Of a stretch of DNA of 64,000 nucleotides, positions 11,795-23,720 are shown one piece after another (position 1 is the first letter of the stretch; the number at the start of each line of letters is the position of its first letter). The notes beneath the pieces were generated by a model. That model saw only the letters and a list, made by a program, of their open reading frames with translations. It did no database searches and was not told the DNA's origin. The stretch is from Felis catus (Eukaryota), in contig NC_058377.1 in NCBI RefSeq assembly GCF_018350175.1, forward strand, positions 100,564,001 to 100,628,000, given 5' to 3'. The position numbers and the translations under genes are program-made.

Positions 11795-12649
11795 AGAAAA
11801 CAAGGAGGAATCTTGATGAGGAATGTGCATTTTTGTAAGGCTGAAGGCAAAGAATTTCAAATGTTTTAGAATCAGAGGATTCTAGAATACATATCTATCT
11901 TAAATATTCCCTATCTCTTTACTTACAGAAATACTTGAAAGACACATGGGGTATCTGTGAACCCATCATCTTGCATATTTTTTTCTACTCCGATGAGGAA
12001 TCAAAACAGTCTTTTCACTGCTGCCCTTCATGGCATCTCTCAGCACTCTGGCTTGGAACATAACCCCAGATTGAGGAAGAAACAGGATTTCTGTCTTTTA
12101 ACATTCATAGTGTATTACTTTTCAAACCTGAGAAATTACTTAGATTCTCTCGATGTTTCTTCTATCTAGAATCAGAGATTTGAATCGGTCAAGTGGTTTC
12201 CACATGTATATTGCTCACAGTCTACTGACATAATGGTTGCCTGTAAATCAATTTGTTTTATATCAAGAAGTGTATCTGAAAATTAACATTCTTTCTACCT
12301 AGTATCAGAGGCAACAGGTAGAAGGTGGGCCAATGCCCCTCACACTCCTAAAACTTTTCAGTACTCCTTAGTGACTGCTAACTTCCGGACACTGTCACAA
12401 TAATTATTTTACTTTGTTATATCAATGGGGATGGAGAATCCTTGTTAGTGATTCTGAAAGCAAAGTAGGAACAAACCGAAAATTTATACTTTTAGGAATG
12501 CAGAATTTTGACTAGTAATTTAAAATAGAATGGATGTCTTACAGTACGGGCCATTTTAAAAATGCCATAACTGTCAACCATTGGCCATCTAAAATCTTCT
12601 CAAAGACTATGAATAACATAGATATTAAATTTGTGAGTCCCTATATATA

Positions 12650-12943
12650 TATAGGAGGAGTAGAGAGAGAGGGACATGTAGAATCTGAAGCAGGCTCCAG
12701 GCTCTGAGTTGTCAGCACAGAGCCCGATGCAGGGCTCAAACTCACGAACTGTGAGATTATGACCTGAGCCGAAGCCAGACACATAACTGACTGAGCCACC
12801 CAGGCGCGCCAAGAGAGACAGAATTTTAAGCAGGCTCCACACTCAGCATGGAGCCCGCTGTGGGGTTTGATCCCATGACCCTGGGATCATGACCTTAGTT
12901 GAAATCAAGAGTTGGGTGCTCAACCCACTGAGCCATGCAGATG
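12650..12943 (-). mobile_element. Two adjacent or nested CanSINEs
   Basis: Heads at about 12810 and about 12943, both lacking intact tails. Confidence 0.8.
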
Positions 12944-13699
12944 ATATGACAGTATATATTTTTGAAATTGTATTTAACTCATAAAATATAAAAATGATAA
13001 ATGAATAGATTTCCTGAGTATTTTTCACAATTCCAGTCATTAATTGACATCTTCCTTTTGCTGTATAGTTTTCAAACACTCTTTGTTTTTTAATGTAAGA
13101 GCAATTCCATTTGTTTAACATGACCCATTGACAATGTTTGGCCAAAAAACAATGTGTAGTATGCTTTACACAAATTAAACTCCAGGAGTTCAAACTGGAT
13201 GTTTAAACAAATGTGAATCTCTTTGGGATTCATTTCCAGAAAATTAAGGAAGTGTACTCAGATAATTTTAAAAGAAGGAAAGTAGATTTTATCAGTAAGT
13301 TACAAGAATTGAGAAATACAGGAGTTTTTTTGTTTTAGGTCAATGCGACTAAATAATATAATTAGCAGTTCTTTATCTAAATATACAATCAATGGTATTA
13401 ATGCTTTATTTTCCAAATAGCATTTAAATATTTAAGACAACTGCTAGTAATATTGAGTAAAATATATAATTATTCTCATTATTGTCATTACAAAATTATT
13501 TCATGACACATTTATAAAAGACAGCATTAAAAAGTTAGCCTAATTCAAGAAATCAATTGTTATCAACTCCATTTATGTCAGCATGTATTTTAATAAATTT
13601 TGTATTATTGTGTTCATACAGTTAATTCTCACCTCCAATTATGTTCTCGTTCTTTCAGAAACAGAAGTCCTTGTGAAAGCATACACCAAACTCAAATAT

Positions 13700-14635
13700 A
13701 TGAAAAGCCAGAGAAACATCTCAGAATTCATTCTTCTGGGACTTTCCTACGACCAGAACATACAAGTATTTTGCTTTGTCCTCTTCTTAGTCTGTTACAT
13801 CGCCTTGTTGGCAGGAAACCTGCTGATCCTCGTCTCCGTTCGATGCAGCCCTCTTTTTCACCAACCCATGTACTATTTCCTCAGCCACTTATCCTTAATA
13901 GACATCTGCTATACCTCTACTGTTACACCCAAGTTAATTGCTGACCTGCTGGTGGAAAGAAAAACCATTTCCTATAGTAACTGCATGTTACAGGTGTTTA
14001 CAATGCACTTCTTTGGAGGCACCGAGATCTTCGTTCTTACCGCCATGGCCTTTGATCGCTATGCTGCCATCTGCAAACCTCTCCACTACGTGATTGTCAT
14101 GAACAGGACAAGATGCAATCTGCTAGTCGTAGCTGCCTGGGCTGGTGGGGCCGTCCATGCCTTCCCTCTCTTTTCTACCGCGATTGGTTTGCCCTTCTGT
14201 GGTCCTAATGAAATTGATCACTACTTTTGTGATATTTTTCCTTTGCTAAAAGTTGCCTGCACCGACACCTATGTCACTGGTATCCTTGTGATTGCCTTTT
14301 CAGGTCTGGTCGCCTTAGTTACCTTTATTGTCTTATTTGTTTCTTATGGTATTATCTTATTCACTTTAAGAAATCTCTCAGCTGAGGGAAGACGCAAAGC
14401 CCTCTCCACCTGTTGGTCTCATATCACTGTGGTCATCTTATTTTTTGGACCAGTAATCTTTATCTACCTTAGGCCACCTACTACTTTTCCTGAGGACAAA
14501 ATATTTGCTCTATTTTACACGATCATTGCTCCTATGTTTAATCCCTTAATCTACACTCTGAGAAACTCAGAGATGAAAAACATGATGAGGAAAGTTTGGT
14601 GTCACACATTATTTTCAAAGGAAACACACAATTAA
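13700..14635 (+). CDS. Olfactory receptor family 4, OR4P4-like (paralogue 2), 311 aa
   Basis: Intact ORF with all OR motifs ([46 protein letters not shown]). Start MKSQRNIS follows the acceptor ttctcgttctttcag ending 13658. Confidence 0.93.
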   Translation: MKSQRNISEFILLGLSYDQNIQVFCFVLFLVCYIALLAGNLLILVSVRCSPLFHQPMYYFLSHLSLIDICYTSTVTPKLIADLLVERKTISYSNCMLQVFTMHFFGGTEIFVLTAMAFDRYAAICKPLHYVIVMNRTRCNLLVVAAWAGGAVHAFPLFSTAIGLPFCGPNEIDHYFCDIFPLLKVACTDTYVTGILVIAFSGLVALVTFIVLFVSYGIILFTLRNLSAEGRRKALSTCWSHITVVILFFGPVIFIYLRPPTTFPEDKIFALFYTIIAPMFNPLIYTLRNSEMKNMMRKVWCHTLFSKETHN

Positions 14636-15469
14636 TGTGAAGAAGCTTATTGGCTACGCAACTTTGAGAAACAAAAGGGGGAGGTGTGAATGAAAAAGGT
14701 GGGGACTATCTCATAGATTTTGTAAACCATCACTCTTGTGAATGGAATGAATGAAAGCAATGGGACTAAAGTTTAAAGTAATCACTAAGCAAATATTAAT
14801 TCTTGCATGCCAAAATTAATTGGCAACTAAGTTAGTTTTGTGGTGTATATGTAGGGTAACCTACATGAAAAAAACAGTTGGGTCAAAGCAAATAAACCAG
14901 TGGTATATTGATTAGTGAATTATAATGGAAAATATTTTAATGATAATTTTATTAAAACTTCAGACGTAGAAGCCAGACCACACAATGACAGACATTCTTG
15001 GGTAGTTCAGAAGTTGAAATCCAAAAAAGAAGGTTATAATCTAAAATTAAATGAATTAACTTAAATTTCGTGTACAACATGCATATATACAGCCTCTAGT
15101 TGATGTAGAAATCAGTTGTGCAAACAAATAAATATTTAGAGTAGAATCTGCTTTTAAGTGGTTCCTGGGGGTCAGCTCTCCTCATGTCGCATTGAAATCA
15201 ATAGTAATAAGTAGTGACGACAGAATGAAAGTCTAGAATTCAGAATGCTGAAACACACGTACTTGTATTCCACCTACTGGGCAGAGTTTAACAACATTTC
15301 CCATTAACTTCAGAAACTATATTTATTAAACTTTAAGTGTTGACTCACTGCTATTTGCCTAAAATTGGTAAGTACATGGTGGTCACTGGATCCACAACTT
15401 AAGACTTTTCCTACTGAAATGATAGAGAGAGAGAGAGAATAGCACAAAGTAAATGAAGAAACAAAATGC

Positions 15470-16530
15470 ATTTTGGGTGCACACAGGTATTCATTGCAGG
15501 TTTATTCATAATCACTAGACATTGGGAGCAACAACGATATCCTTAAGTAGGTGAATAAATCAACTATTGGAAATATGGAGAATGGAATATAATTCAGCAC
15601 TAAAAACTGAGCTATTAAGATAAGAAGATATACGCAGGAAACATAAATGCATATTTCAAAGTGAAAGAAGCCAATGTAACGTGGCTATCTTTTGTATGAT
15701 TTCAACTACAGGTCTTCCTTGACTTACAACGGGGTAATGTCCCAATAAACCCATCATCTGTTGAAAAAATTTTAAGTCAAAAATGCATATAATACACCCA
15801 ACCTACCAAACTTCATAGCTTGGCCTAGCCTACCTTAACTGTGGTCAGAACACTTACATTAGCCTACAGTGGGGGCAAAGTCATCAAATACAAGGCTTAT
15901 TTATAATAAAGTATTGAATGTCTCATGTAACTTGTTGAATACTGTACTGAAAGCGGAAACCAGAATGATTGTACGGGCACAGAACGGTTACAGGTGTGTT
16001 TATGGTTGACCATCGCGATCGATTGGTTGACTGGGAGATGCAGTTCTCTGCCCCTGTCCAGCATCATGAGAAGATATCATAATTCACATCACTGGCCCAG
16101 GAAAAGATTCAAATTCAAAGTTCAAAGTACAGTTTCTACTGCATGTGTATCACTTTCGCACCATGGGAAAGTTAGAAAAGTATAAGTCCAACCATTGTAA
16201 GTGGGGACCACCTATACATGACATTCTGGGAAAGGCAAAACTATGGAAACGGCAAAGAGATAAGTCAGTGGATGCCAAGCATTAGGGAAGGGAGAGGGGT
16301 AAATAGGTGGGCTACAAAGGATCTTTAGGGTAGTGAAACTGTTCTGTATGTTACCTCATTTGGATATTGTCATTATACGTGTCAAAAGCCACAGAATGTA
16401 AAACATCAAGGACGAACTCTAATGTAAACTGAATTTGGGGGGGGATAATGACGTGTCGATGTAAGTTCATTTACTTATAACAAATGTAACACTTTGCAGG
16501 GAGAGATTCTCCCAGTAAGGGGGAGAATAG
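15470..16530 (+). mobile_element. Old L1M (L1MC-like) 3' region, interrupted by Tigger
   Basis: gtttattcataat..gtgaaagaagcca..acattctgggaaaggcaaaactatgga; homologue at 51860-52420. Confidence 0.7.
15709..16214 (+). mobile_element. TcMar-Tigger non-autonomous DNA transposon (MER47/Tigger5-like)
   Basis: TA target duplication, TIRs caggtcttccttgacttac / gtaagtggggaccacct, internal gcctagcctaccttaa..cagaacacttacattagcctacagt. Confidence 0.85.
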
Positions 16531-17049
16531 CGGCACTTTTATTAATTAAAAGTACCTTGTGGCACAATACCTAAACGAAGTCATCTTGTCACTAAATGAA
16601 GAAGAGTCTTCTGAAAAAGATTTTCTACTGCGACCAGATAAAGCTTTTCAACTTTAGTGTAAAGTCTTTTCCTCATGCTTAACAGTTTTACACTTAAGAT
16701 TGCCTAAGAAACACAGCAATTATAACAGAGAAGGGACTGGATAGTGGAATTTTCGGAAAAGGAAGATAGTTACTGTACTGAAAGAGTTTTAGGTTAGGCA
16801 AGTTGATGCGGGAGCTACAATCGTTTTGGGAGAACTGTGCAAAGAAACATAAAGAGCAGGCAAAAGTGATGAGGGAGATAAAATTAGAGTTTTTATAGCA
16901 AAGAGAAATTGGGTGAATTGCTATCACAGAGGCTACTAAGGGAAGAAAGAAAATATTGCAAGATTTGATGTTATCTCTTAAAAAAAATCACAAAAACATT
17001 TGTCAGTCGAAAGGTTGAAGGGGTATGTGCTTAAAATGACCAATTTCAA

Positions 17050-17222
17050 GGACACCTGGGTGGCTAGGTCACTTAAGCATCAGACCCTTGATTTCGGCAC
17101 AGGCCATGAGCTCAGTCATGATCTCATGGTCCTGAGATTGAGCCCTGCATTGGGCTCTGTGCTGGGTCTGGAGACTGCTTAAGATTCTCTCCCTCTCCCT
17201 CTCCCAACAAAGCAAAGCAAAA
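17050..17222 (+). mobile_element. CanSINE
   Basis: ggacacctgggtggct head; TSD accaatttca. Confidence 0.85.
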
Positions 17223-18384
17223 CCAATTTCATTACTAGAAGAAAAATAATTTTCATGTTTAGAGTAGGTAGATCATTCAAATGAGCAGTATCATGTAATC
17301 AGCAATCAGATTCAGTCACAAGTTACCAGTAGACCACACCACAAGTCTTCTTTGTACTTCTGTGAAATCCTCACCTTCTGAAAGTAATCACTATCTTCAC
17401 CTATAAAGTTGACTAAAATTACCTACTTTTTGATTCTGTAGAGAAAGAGCAGTGCATACTGTGCTCCTGAGGGTCTCTTTTCTCATTATCAAGTTTGTGA
17501 GATTCGGTCTTCATGCTTTATCTATATTCTGGTAGTTTTCATTCCTTTATAGTTGCTCACTGCATGGACATTTGACAGCTGATCCATTCTCTTGTTGCTA
17601 GACATTGAGGCCATTTCTAATTTACGGATAGTATGAGTTGACCTGCTTTGAACATTTTGAAACATGTTTTGGTGACTCTCTATCATCTGCTGATACGTAC
17701 TTTTTACAAAAGATGCACCTAACCCCTAGGCCATGAAAAGATTGAAAATAAAAGCATGAAAATGTTAGAGCAGTCAAAATGCTGTTGGCATTTGAAGAAA
17801 TTATATATACGATATATATCATATTATACAAATATACACACACATATATAAAACCAAACAGACTTTCAGATAAGAGCCATTCTCAATTCTTAAAATTCTT
17901 AAACATTGATAGAATTTGCAACATTGAAGCATTTACAAATCTGAATGTGTGTGCATACGGAAAGATATAGAGGATTTGATCCAAACTAATAAGCAGCCAA
18001 CTCTGGATATATATAAAAATGCTACACTCATCAGCTTGTGACTGAATATAAGTTATTTAAAAGAACTCACCTAATTTGATGCCACAGATTTATTCTCCAC
18101 AAGTGTCAAATTCTCTGCACCACTAGAGCAACTTATCTGATGATAATTCAGTTAAAGTAGGAAACAAAAAATAAAGGCAACTTTCAATCTCAAACAAATG
18201 GTAATTTAAAAACTGTTTACAATAAAAAGTGAAAATAAATCATAAGAGAAATTAGAGATTAACTAAAAATAAAACTATAAAAATAGGATTTATCAAAGAA
18301 AGTATACCAATGCTTAGAGGTAAATTTCTAGCACAAAACCATACATTATGGCATCCATAGATGATTTGTTTCCACTTAACTGTA

Positions 18385-18406
18385 ACTACACTTGATCTTA
18401 GCCAAA
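18385..18406 (-). pseudogene. U2 snRNA 5' fragment (nt about 16-37)
   Basis: Minus strand reads TTTGGCTAAGATCAAGTGTAGT, a 22/22 match to recalled U2 snRNA that ends in the branch-site recognition region, as typical truncated U2 pseudogenes do. Confidence 0.8.
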
Positions 18407-18510
18407 GTACTGGGTGTTGTATGTAAGTGTTGGATCACTAAACTCTACACCTGCAACTAATACTACACTGCATGTTAACTAACTGGGATTGAAATAAAAA
18501 CTTGAAAATA
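18407..18510 (+). mobile_element. Carnivore L1 extreme 3' end
   Basis: actgggtgttgtatgtaagtg..ctgcatgttaactaactgggattgaaataaaaacttgaa. Confidence 0.8.
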
Positions 18511-18574
18511 AACCTAATTGTATCTTAATCCCCAAAGTGTTCCCTATAAATATTTAAAATAATTATCTAAAATT

Positions 18575-18769
18575 GTTTCAATGTTTATTTATTTTGAGAG
18601 AGAGAGAAAGAGCGAGCAAGCTGGGGAGTGGCAGAGAGAGGGAGACAAGATCCAAAGCAGGCTCTGAACTGTCAACTCAGAGCCCCGTGTGGGACTTGAA
18701 CCTACAAACCATGAGATCATTACCTGAGCCAAAGTTGGATGCTTAACCAACTGAGCCACCAAGGTGCCT
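18575..18769 (-). mobile_element. CanSINE
   Basis: Head, GA tract, T tail. Confidence 0.9.
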
Positions 18770-18879
18770 CACCTAAAATCTTTTAGAACAAACAATATAT
18801 TGAACTGCGAAATACTAAAAGTTATTCCTTTGAAATCAGGAAGAAGTGACACTTAGTATCACCAGTTTAAACTTAACAC

Positions 18880-18925
18880 ATTTTTTTAAGTTTATTTATT
18901 TTCAGAGAGAGAGAGTGGGGGGAGG

Positions 18926-18959
<34 letters not shown>

Positions 18960-19077
18960 CCCAAGCAGGCTCTGCACCATCAGTGCAAAGCCTAATGTGG
19001 GGCTCAAACTCACGAACCCTGAGATCCAGACCTGCACCAAAGCCAGACACTTAACTACTGAGCCACCCAAATGCCCC
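18880..19077 (-). mobile_element. CanSINE
   Basis: Flanked by an approximately 25 bp imperfect direct repeat ttagtatca.ca.tttaaa. Confidence 0.9.
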
Positions 19078-19269
19078 TTAGTATCAACAATTTAAATTGA
19101 CATTATTCCATATTATACTGAAGGTTCTAGACAAGCAATAAGTCAAACAAAGAAACAAACAAAAGAATGGAAATAAGAATTGTATCAAAAATGAGTGGGA
19201 TACTCTTTGTGTAGACCTACAGAAATTATGAGCCATAAGAGAATATTTTGAACAATTCTATGCTAAATT

Positions 19270-19680
19270 TAAAAAGACAGACAATGCCAAGTGTTGGTGA
19301 GGTTGTGGAGAAACAGGGAGCTCTCAGACATTGCTCATGAAAAATGTAACATAGCGCCACCACTTTTAAAATGCTAATATACAGTTAACATAAAACCCAG
19401 CAATTCAACTCCTAAGTATCAGTCCAAGAGAAATGATAATATATCTCCATACTAAGACTTGTACATGAATGTTCACAGCGGCATCATTCATCGTAGCCAT
19501 TGACTGTACACAATTCAAATGTCCACCAACTGGTGAATAAGTCTACAAAATATGGCAGAGCCATGCAGTGAATACTATTCGGTAATGAAGAGGAATTACC
19601 ATAATACAACGTGATAAGCCTCTAAAACATTATGGTAAATGAAGAAGGTAACAAAATTACACACTATGTCGTTTTTTTAA
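19270..19680 (+). mobile_element. Old L1M ORF2-end/3' fragment
   Basis: gacaatgccaagtgttggtgaggttgtggagaaac..cccagcaattcaactcctaagtat. Confidence 0.65.
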
Positions 19681-19846
19681 GGAAGTCCATTTCTCTCCTG
19701 GTTGTGTTATATGGTTTCAATATTTCACATACGAATCGAGGGAAAAACTGGTGTATCTTTGAGGTTCTCTAGTCTCTGACCAAAGCTCTGCTGATTCCTA
19801 TATGTCTCAGCAGTAGCTGTAAATGTGTATAAAAACGTAGAACCTT

Positions 19847-20058
19847 GGGGTGCTTGGGTGGTTCAGTCAGTTAAGCATCTGACTCTTGACTTCAGCTCAG
19901 GTCATGATCTTGCTATAGGTGAGTTGGAACCCCAGGTTCCACTCAACTCACCTGCTTGGGACTCACTGTCTCCTTTCTCTTTTCTCCTCCAATGTTAGTG
20001 CTCTGTCTCTCTCTTTCTCTCTCTCTCAAAAATAAATAAACTTAAAAATAAAAAAAAC
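19847..20058 (+). mobile_element. CanSINE with internal fold-back replacement
   Basis: Head ggggtgcttgggtgg, CT tract, A tail. Confidence 0.85.
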
Positions 20059-20709
20059 ACACACTTGGATCCTCAGTTCCATCCTGTACCCTGAAACGAA
20101 AAATCTCAGGGTAAATGTGGTTGTTGCTGTTCACCTCAGCTCTGTGTTTACCCCCCACCCCCCATATTCATCTCATTCCTTCTAGTTCTTCTTCCCTTAG
20201 TAGCTCTCCAGTCTCTTTGGAGATGATTCTCTGTTTCCATCTCTTCCACCTTTTCATGTGGGAATGTGTGTCTGCTGTCAGTCACTCCATCCCACCCAGA
20301 AATCTGACATTCATATTTGAATCTGAACTGTAAAGGGTCTGCCTGTAAAATGTGAGTCTGTAGATTTGCAGAATGAGGGAAACAGCATTCTAACAGACAA
20401 ATATGGTCCCATTGCTCCCTTCTCGGAAAATGTGGGCAATATCCCATTGCCCCTGGGATAAAATCTTACTTTGTATAAGAGCAGTGTTGTAAGTAGAATT
20501 CAACATAAGTTGACCGAAACACACTAATTTGATCTGAGAATTCACAATGACGGATGGGGCTGGGGTTTATGTCAAGTCAAACATGGCATAGATTCTGACT
20601 TTGTCATATTTTAATTGTGAGGCTTCGCCCAATTAGTTTCAACTTCCTGAGCTTTCTTTTATTAATTCACCTGCACATTTTGGATAAGTGGGTGACTCAC
20701 GTATGTTTT

Positions 20710-21120
20710 CCCACAATACATCTATTAGATTGGCCAAAATGTGGGACACTGCCACCAATGCAGCTGATGGGGATGTGGAACAATGGGAACTCTCATTCAT
20801 GGCTGGTGCGAAGGCAAATTGGTGCAGCCATTTGGGAAGACAGTTTGTCAGTTTCTTCCCAAACCATCATATTCTTACTGCACAGTCCAGCAACCTCACT
20901 CCTTGGTATTTACCCAAAGGAGTTGAAAACTTATGTCCACATAAAAAACTTGCACACAGATCTTTATTCATAAAGCTTTATTCATAGCTGTCAAAATAAT
21001 TGGAGGCAGCCAAGATGTCCTTCAGTAGGTTAGGAGAGATAAACTGTGTGACATCAGACAACGGAGTATTATTCAGTGCAAAAAGAAATGAGCTATCAGG
21101 CCATGAAAAGATGTGGAAGA
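20710..21120 (+). mobile_element. Old L1M fragment
   Basis: ggatgtggaacaatgggaactctcattcat..ctccttggtatttacccaaaggagttgaaaacttatgtccac. Confidence 0.7.
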
Positions 21121-21219
21121 ACATCGCAATGTCTTCCCCGTGTGCAGGCGTTCAACTTCAACACACAAGATTCTTCTTGATCTTCTCTGTCACTAATTTG
21201 CCAGTTTCACATCTTACTA

Positions 21220-21750
21220 ATTAGACTTTTACAAGCGCAGTGTCCAGCTTATAACCTGACACACAGGAGGGGCTCAGTAATTCATTATTGAATAAATAGA
21301 TGAATTAATAGCCACAACCATATTGAAATGATAAGGTTTTCTGCTTATTCTTTTTCACCCAGTGGCCTTTGTTATGGGTCCTCTCCTAGAATACTCTCAT
21401 CCCAACACATGCCTCTTCACACTGATGATTTCCTTTCATGCTTTGTATCCCATTTTAGTTGTGTTTTCATCTAGGACGTCTCCTTGAACTCCCAAGTCTT
21501 TGTCATGTGTCCCCCAAACATGCTTTCATAGCACCCTGTGCTGCCACTCTCTTACCATTTATAACATGGTGTTGTCATTTTCTGCTCCCTTCTGGGTGTC
21601 TGTCAGTGGATCCTAAGCCTGTGAAGGCAAGATCTGGGTTCCTCTCTATTCACCACTGAAGTTCCAGCAATTATCAATGTGTCTGATGTACCTTTGGGCT
21701 CAAGAAATTACTGTTGACTAATGAGTGAGGGATGGAAGGAACAAATGGAA
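21220..21750. mobile_element. L2 3' fragments
   Basis: acacaggaggggctcagtaattcattattgaataaat and ggctcaagaaattactgttgactaatgagtga. Confidence 0.5.
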
Positions 21751-22534
21751 TATATTTATCCTGAAGTTGTTTTGTGTGTAAATGGAGCCACATATTTTTA
21801 AAAACACCTTTTCATAATGAGATGTTACCAAGAAGTAAACTAATTATCAGAGAAGAATAACATAAACAGCCCACAATCGTAAGATGATGAAATCTTGCTG
21901 AGAGCAGGGAGAATATCAAGGTAAGCTATTTTCCCCTTCACTGAGAATCAGAGTTTCAAATTCTTTCTCATTACACAGGCCAAGCAGGAGTTAAAAGAAA
22001 TTGTGGTTTCTCTAAGAGATCTAGCTAGGATTTATCAGATAAAAGTCTTTATCAGATAAAAGTAGGAAAAAGTCCCTTATCTCCAGTACTATTTATTGGT
22101 TCAACATTTTATTGACTTTATTCATCTTCCTTTATACCATTATTCATTCATTCCATATCTATTGTGCACCAGACATTAAACCTTACTGTAGAAACTATTT
22201 TTAGCAAGTAGTCAGGTACCCTAAGGAGAGTGACTTTATTTAATAAATAGAAATTCCTATCAAATAATAAAATATTCATTTATTCAAGTCATTGCTCTTT
22301 CTGATGGATTAGAAGTCTATAGTGGGTGGCATGAGCAATTCAAAATGGCTCTGAAATCTGCAAGGAAATTGGAAACATGAGGTATCTTTGTTACCCCTTA
22401 GAGGTTAAATGGCCCTTTGCTTTTACCACCCCATGGTATTTTTTTGCCATGATTTTATACACAACATATTACTGTCAACCCCGATGTATAAGAATGAGAG
22501 AATTACTAATAAAATATATAGGATTTTATACATA

Positions 22535-22537
<3 letters not shown>

Positions 22538-22577
<40 letters not shown>
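22538..22577. repeat. (TA)n microsatellite
   Basis: About 20 perfect TA units. Confidence 0.95.
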
Positions 22578-22580
<3 letters not shown>

Positions 22581-22762
22581 TGTAGTACAGTCCATGTTTA
22601 TGCTTTATTTCTCTTGTACACATTTTTGCTCCACTAAGTGCAGTATTTATAATTCATAGTGGTTTATTTTTTCTTTATTTGGTAAGTATTCCTTGCTGAG
22701 ATCATCCAAAATGTGCTTTTGATGCTTGCCTTGGTTAAATCAATGCGGGTGTCTAGGCATAT

Positions 22763-23692
22763 TTATTTCTCCCCTGAAATAGCTTTCCTACTACACAATT
22801 TCCTAATGGCATTTTTCATCTGGTCATTTCTCAAGGTATAGATTAGAGGATTTAACATGGGAGTTATCATAGTGTAGAACACTGCCACTGCTTTGTCGAT
22901 AGATAAAGTAGCTGCGGGTCTCATGTACTCAAATATGCAAGGCACAAAGAAAAAGACAACCACTGTGATGTGAGAGACACAGGTGGAGAGGGCTTTGCGC
23001 CTTGCCTCCAAGCTGTGGTTCCTTAGGGAGCGCAGAATGACCACATAGGAGACCATCAAGAGGAGGAAGTTTAAGACACAGATGAAACCACTGTTGGCAG
23101 CAACGAAGAGCCCTAGAGTGTGGGTATCTGTGCAGGCAAGTTTGAGCAAAGGGTTCAGATCACACATAAAGTGGTCTATGACGTTAGGGCCACAGAAGGG
23201 TAATGGGATGATAAAGAGGATCTGTATGATTGCATGAAGAAAGCCCCTCACCCACACCACTCCCATTAACAGGCCACACACCCGTCGATTCATGATGGTC
23301 ATGTAGTGCAATGGCTTGCAGATGGCCACATAGCGGTCATAGGCCATCACCGTAAGCAGGATGACATCAGCACCTCCAAAGAAGTGTTCCCCAAAGATTT
23401 GGGTCATACATGCATTGAATAGGGTGGTCTTCTTTTCACGGAGTGAATCTATGATCAATTTGGGGTTATTGACCGAGGAATAGCAGGCATCAATGAAGGA
23501 GAGATAGGCCAAGAAAAAGTACATGGGGGACCCCAATAATGGGCTGGCAGTGATAGTGACCAGAGTGAGCACGTTTCCTACCATAGAGACGATGTAGATG
23601 GCCAAAAACACAACAAATATGACTTTCTGCATCTTTGGATTCTCTGTGAGCCCCAGTAGAACAAACTCCGTCACGTTGTTCCTATTCTCCAT
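22763..23692 (-). CDS. Olfactory receptor family 4 subfamily C, OR4C46/OR4C13-like, 309 aa
   Basis: [64 protein letters not shown] and [16 protein letters not shown] match recalled human OR4C46/OR4C13 sequences. Confidence 0.93.
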   Translation of the reverse strand: MENRNNVTEFVLLGLTENPKMQKVIFVVFLAIYIVSMVGNVLTLVTITASPLLGSPMYFFLAYLSFIDACYSSVNNPKLIIDSLREKKTTLFNACMTQIFGEHFFGGADVILLTVMAYDRYVAICKPLHYMTIMNRRVCGLLMGVVWVRGFLHAIIQILFIIPLPFCGPNVIDHFMCDLNPLLKLACTDTHTLGLFVAANSGFICVLNFLLLMVSYVVILRSLRNHSLEARRKALSTCVSHITVVVFFFVPCIFEYMRPAATLSIDKAVAVFYTMITPMLNPLIYTLRNDQMKNAIRKLCSRKAISGEK

Positions 23693-23720
23693 TATTTCCT
23701 ATTATGGTTAATTACATTAC

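Larger units (their letters stand above)
6777..17000 (+). repeat. Ancient tandem duplication cassette, copy A (OR4 pseudogene + OR4P paralogue 2)
   Basis: Colinear non-coding homology to 35339-53310, e.g. 7200-7990/35790-36620, 8430-9930/43900-46000, 10200-13580/46010-49270, 14640-16970/50320-53310. Confidence 0.85.
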
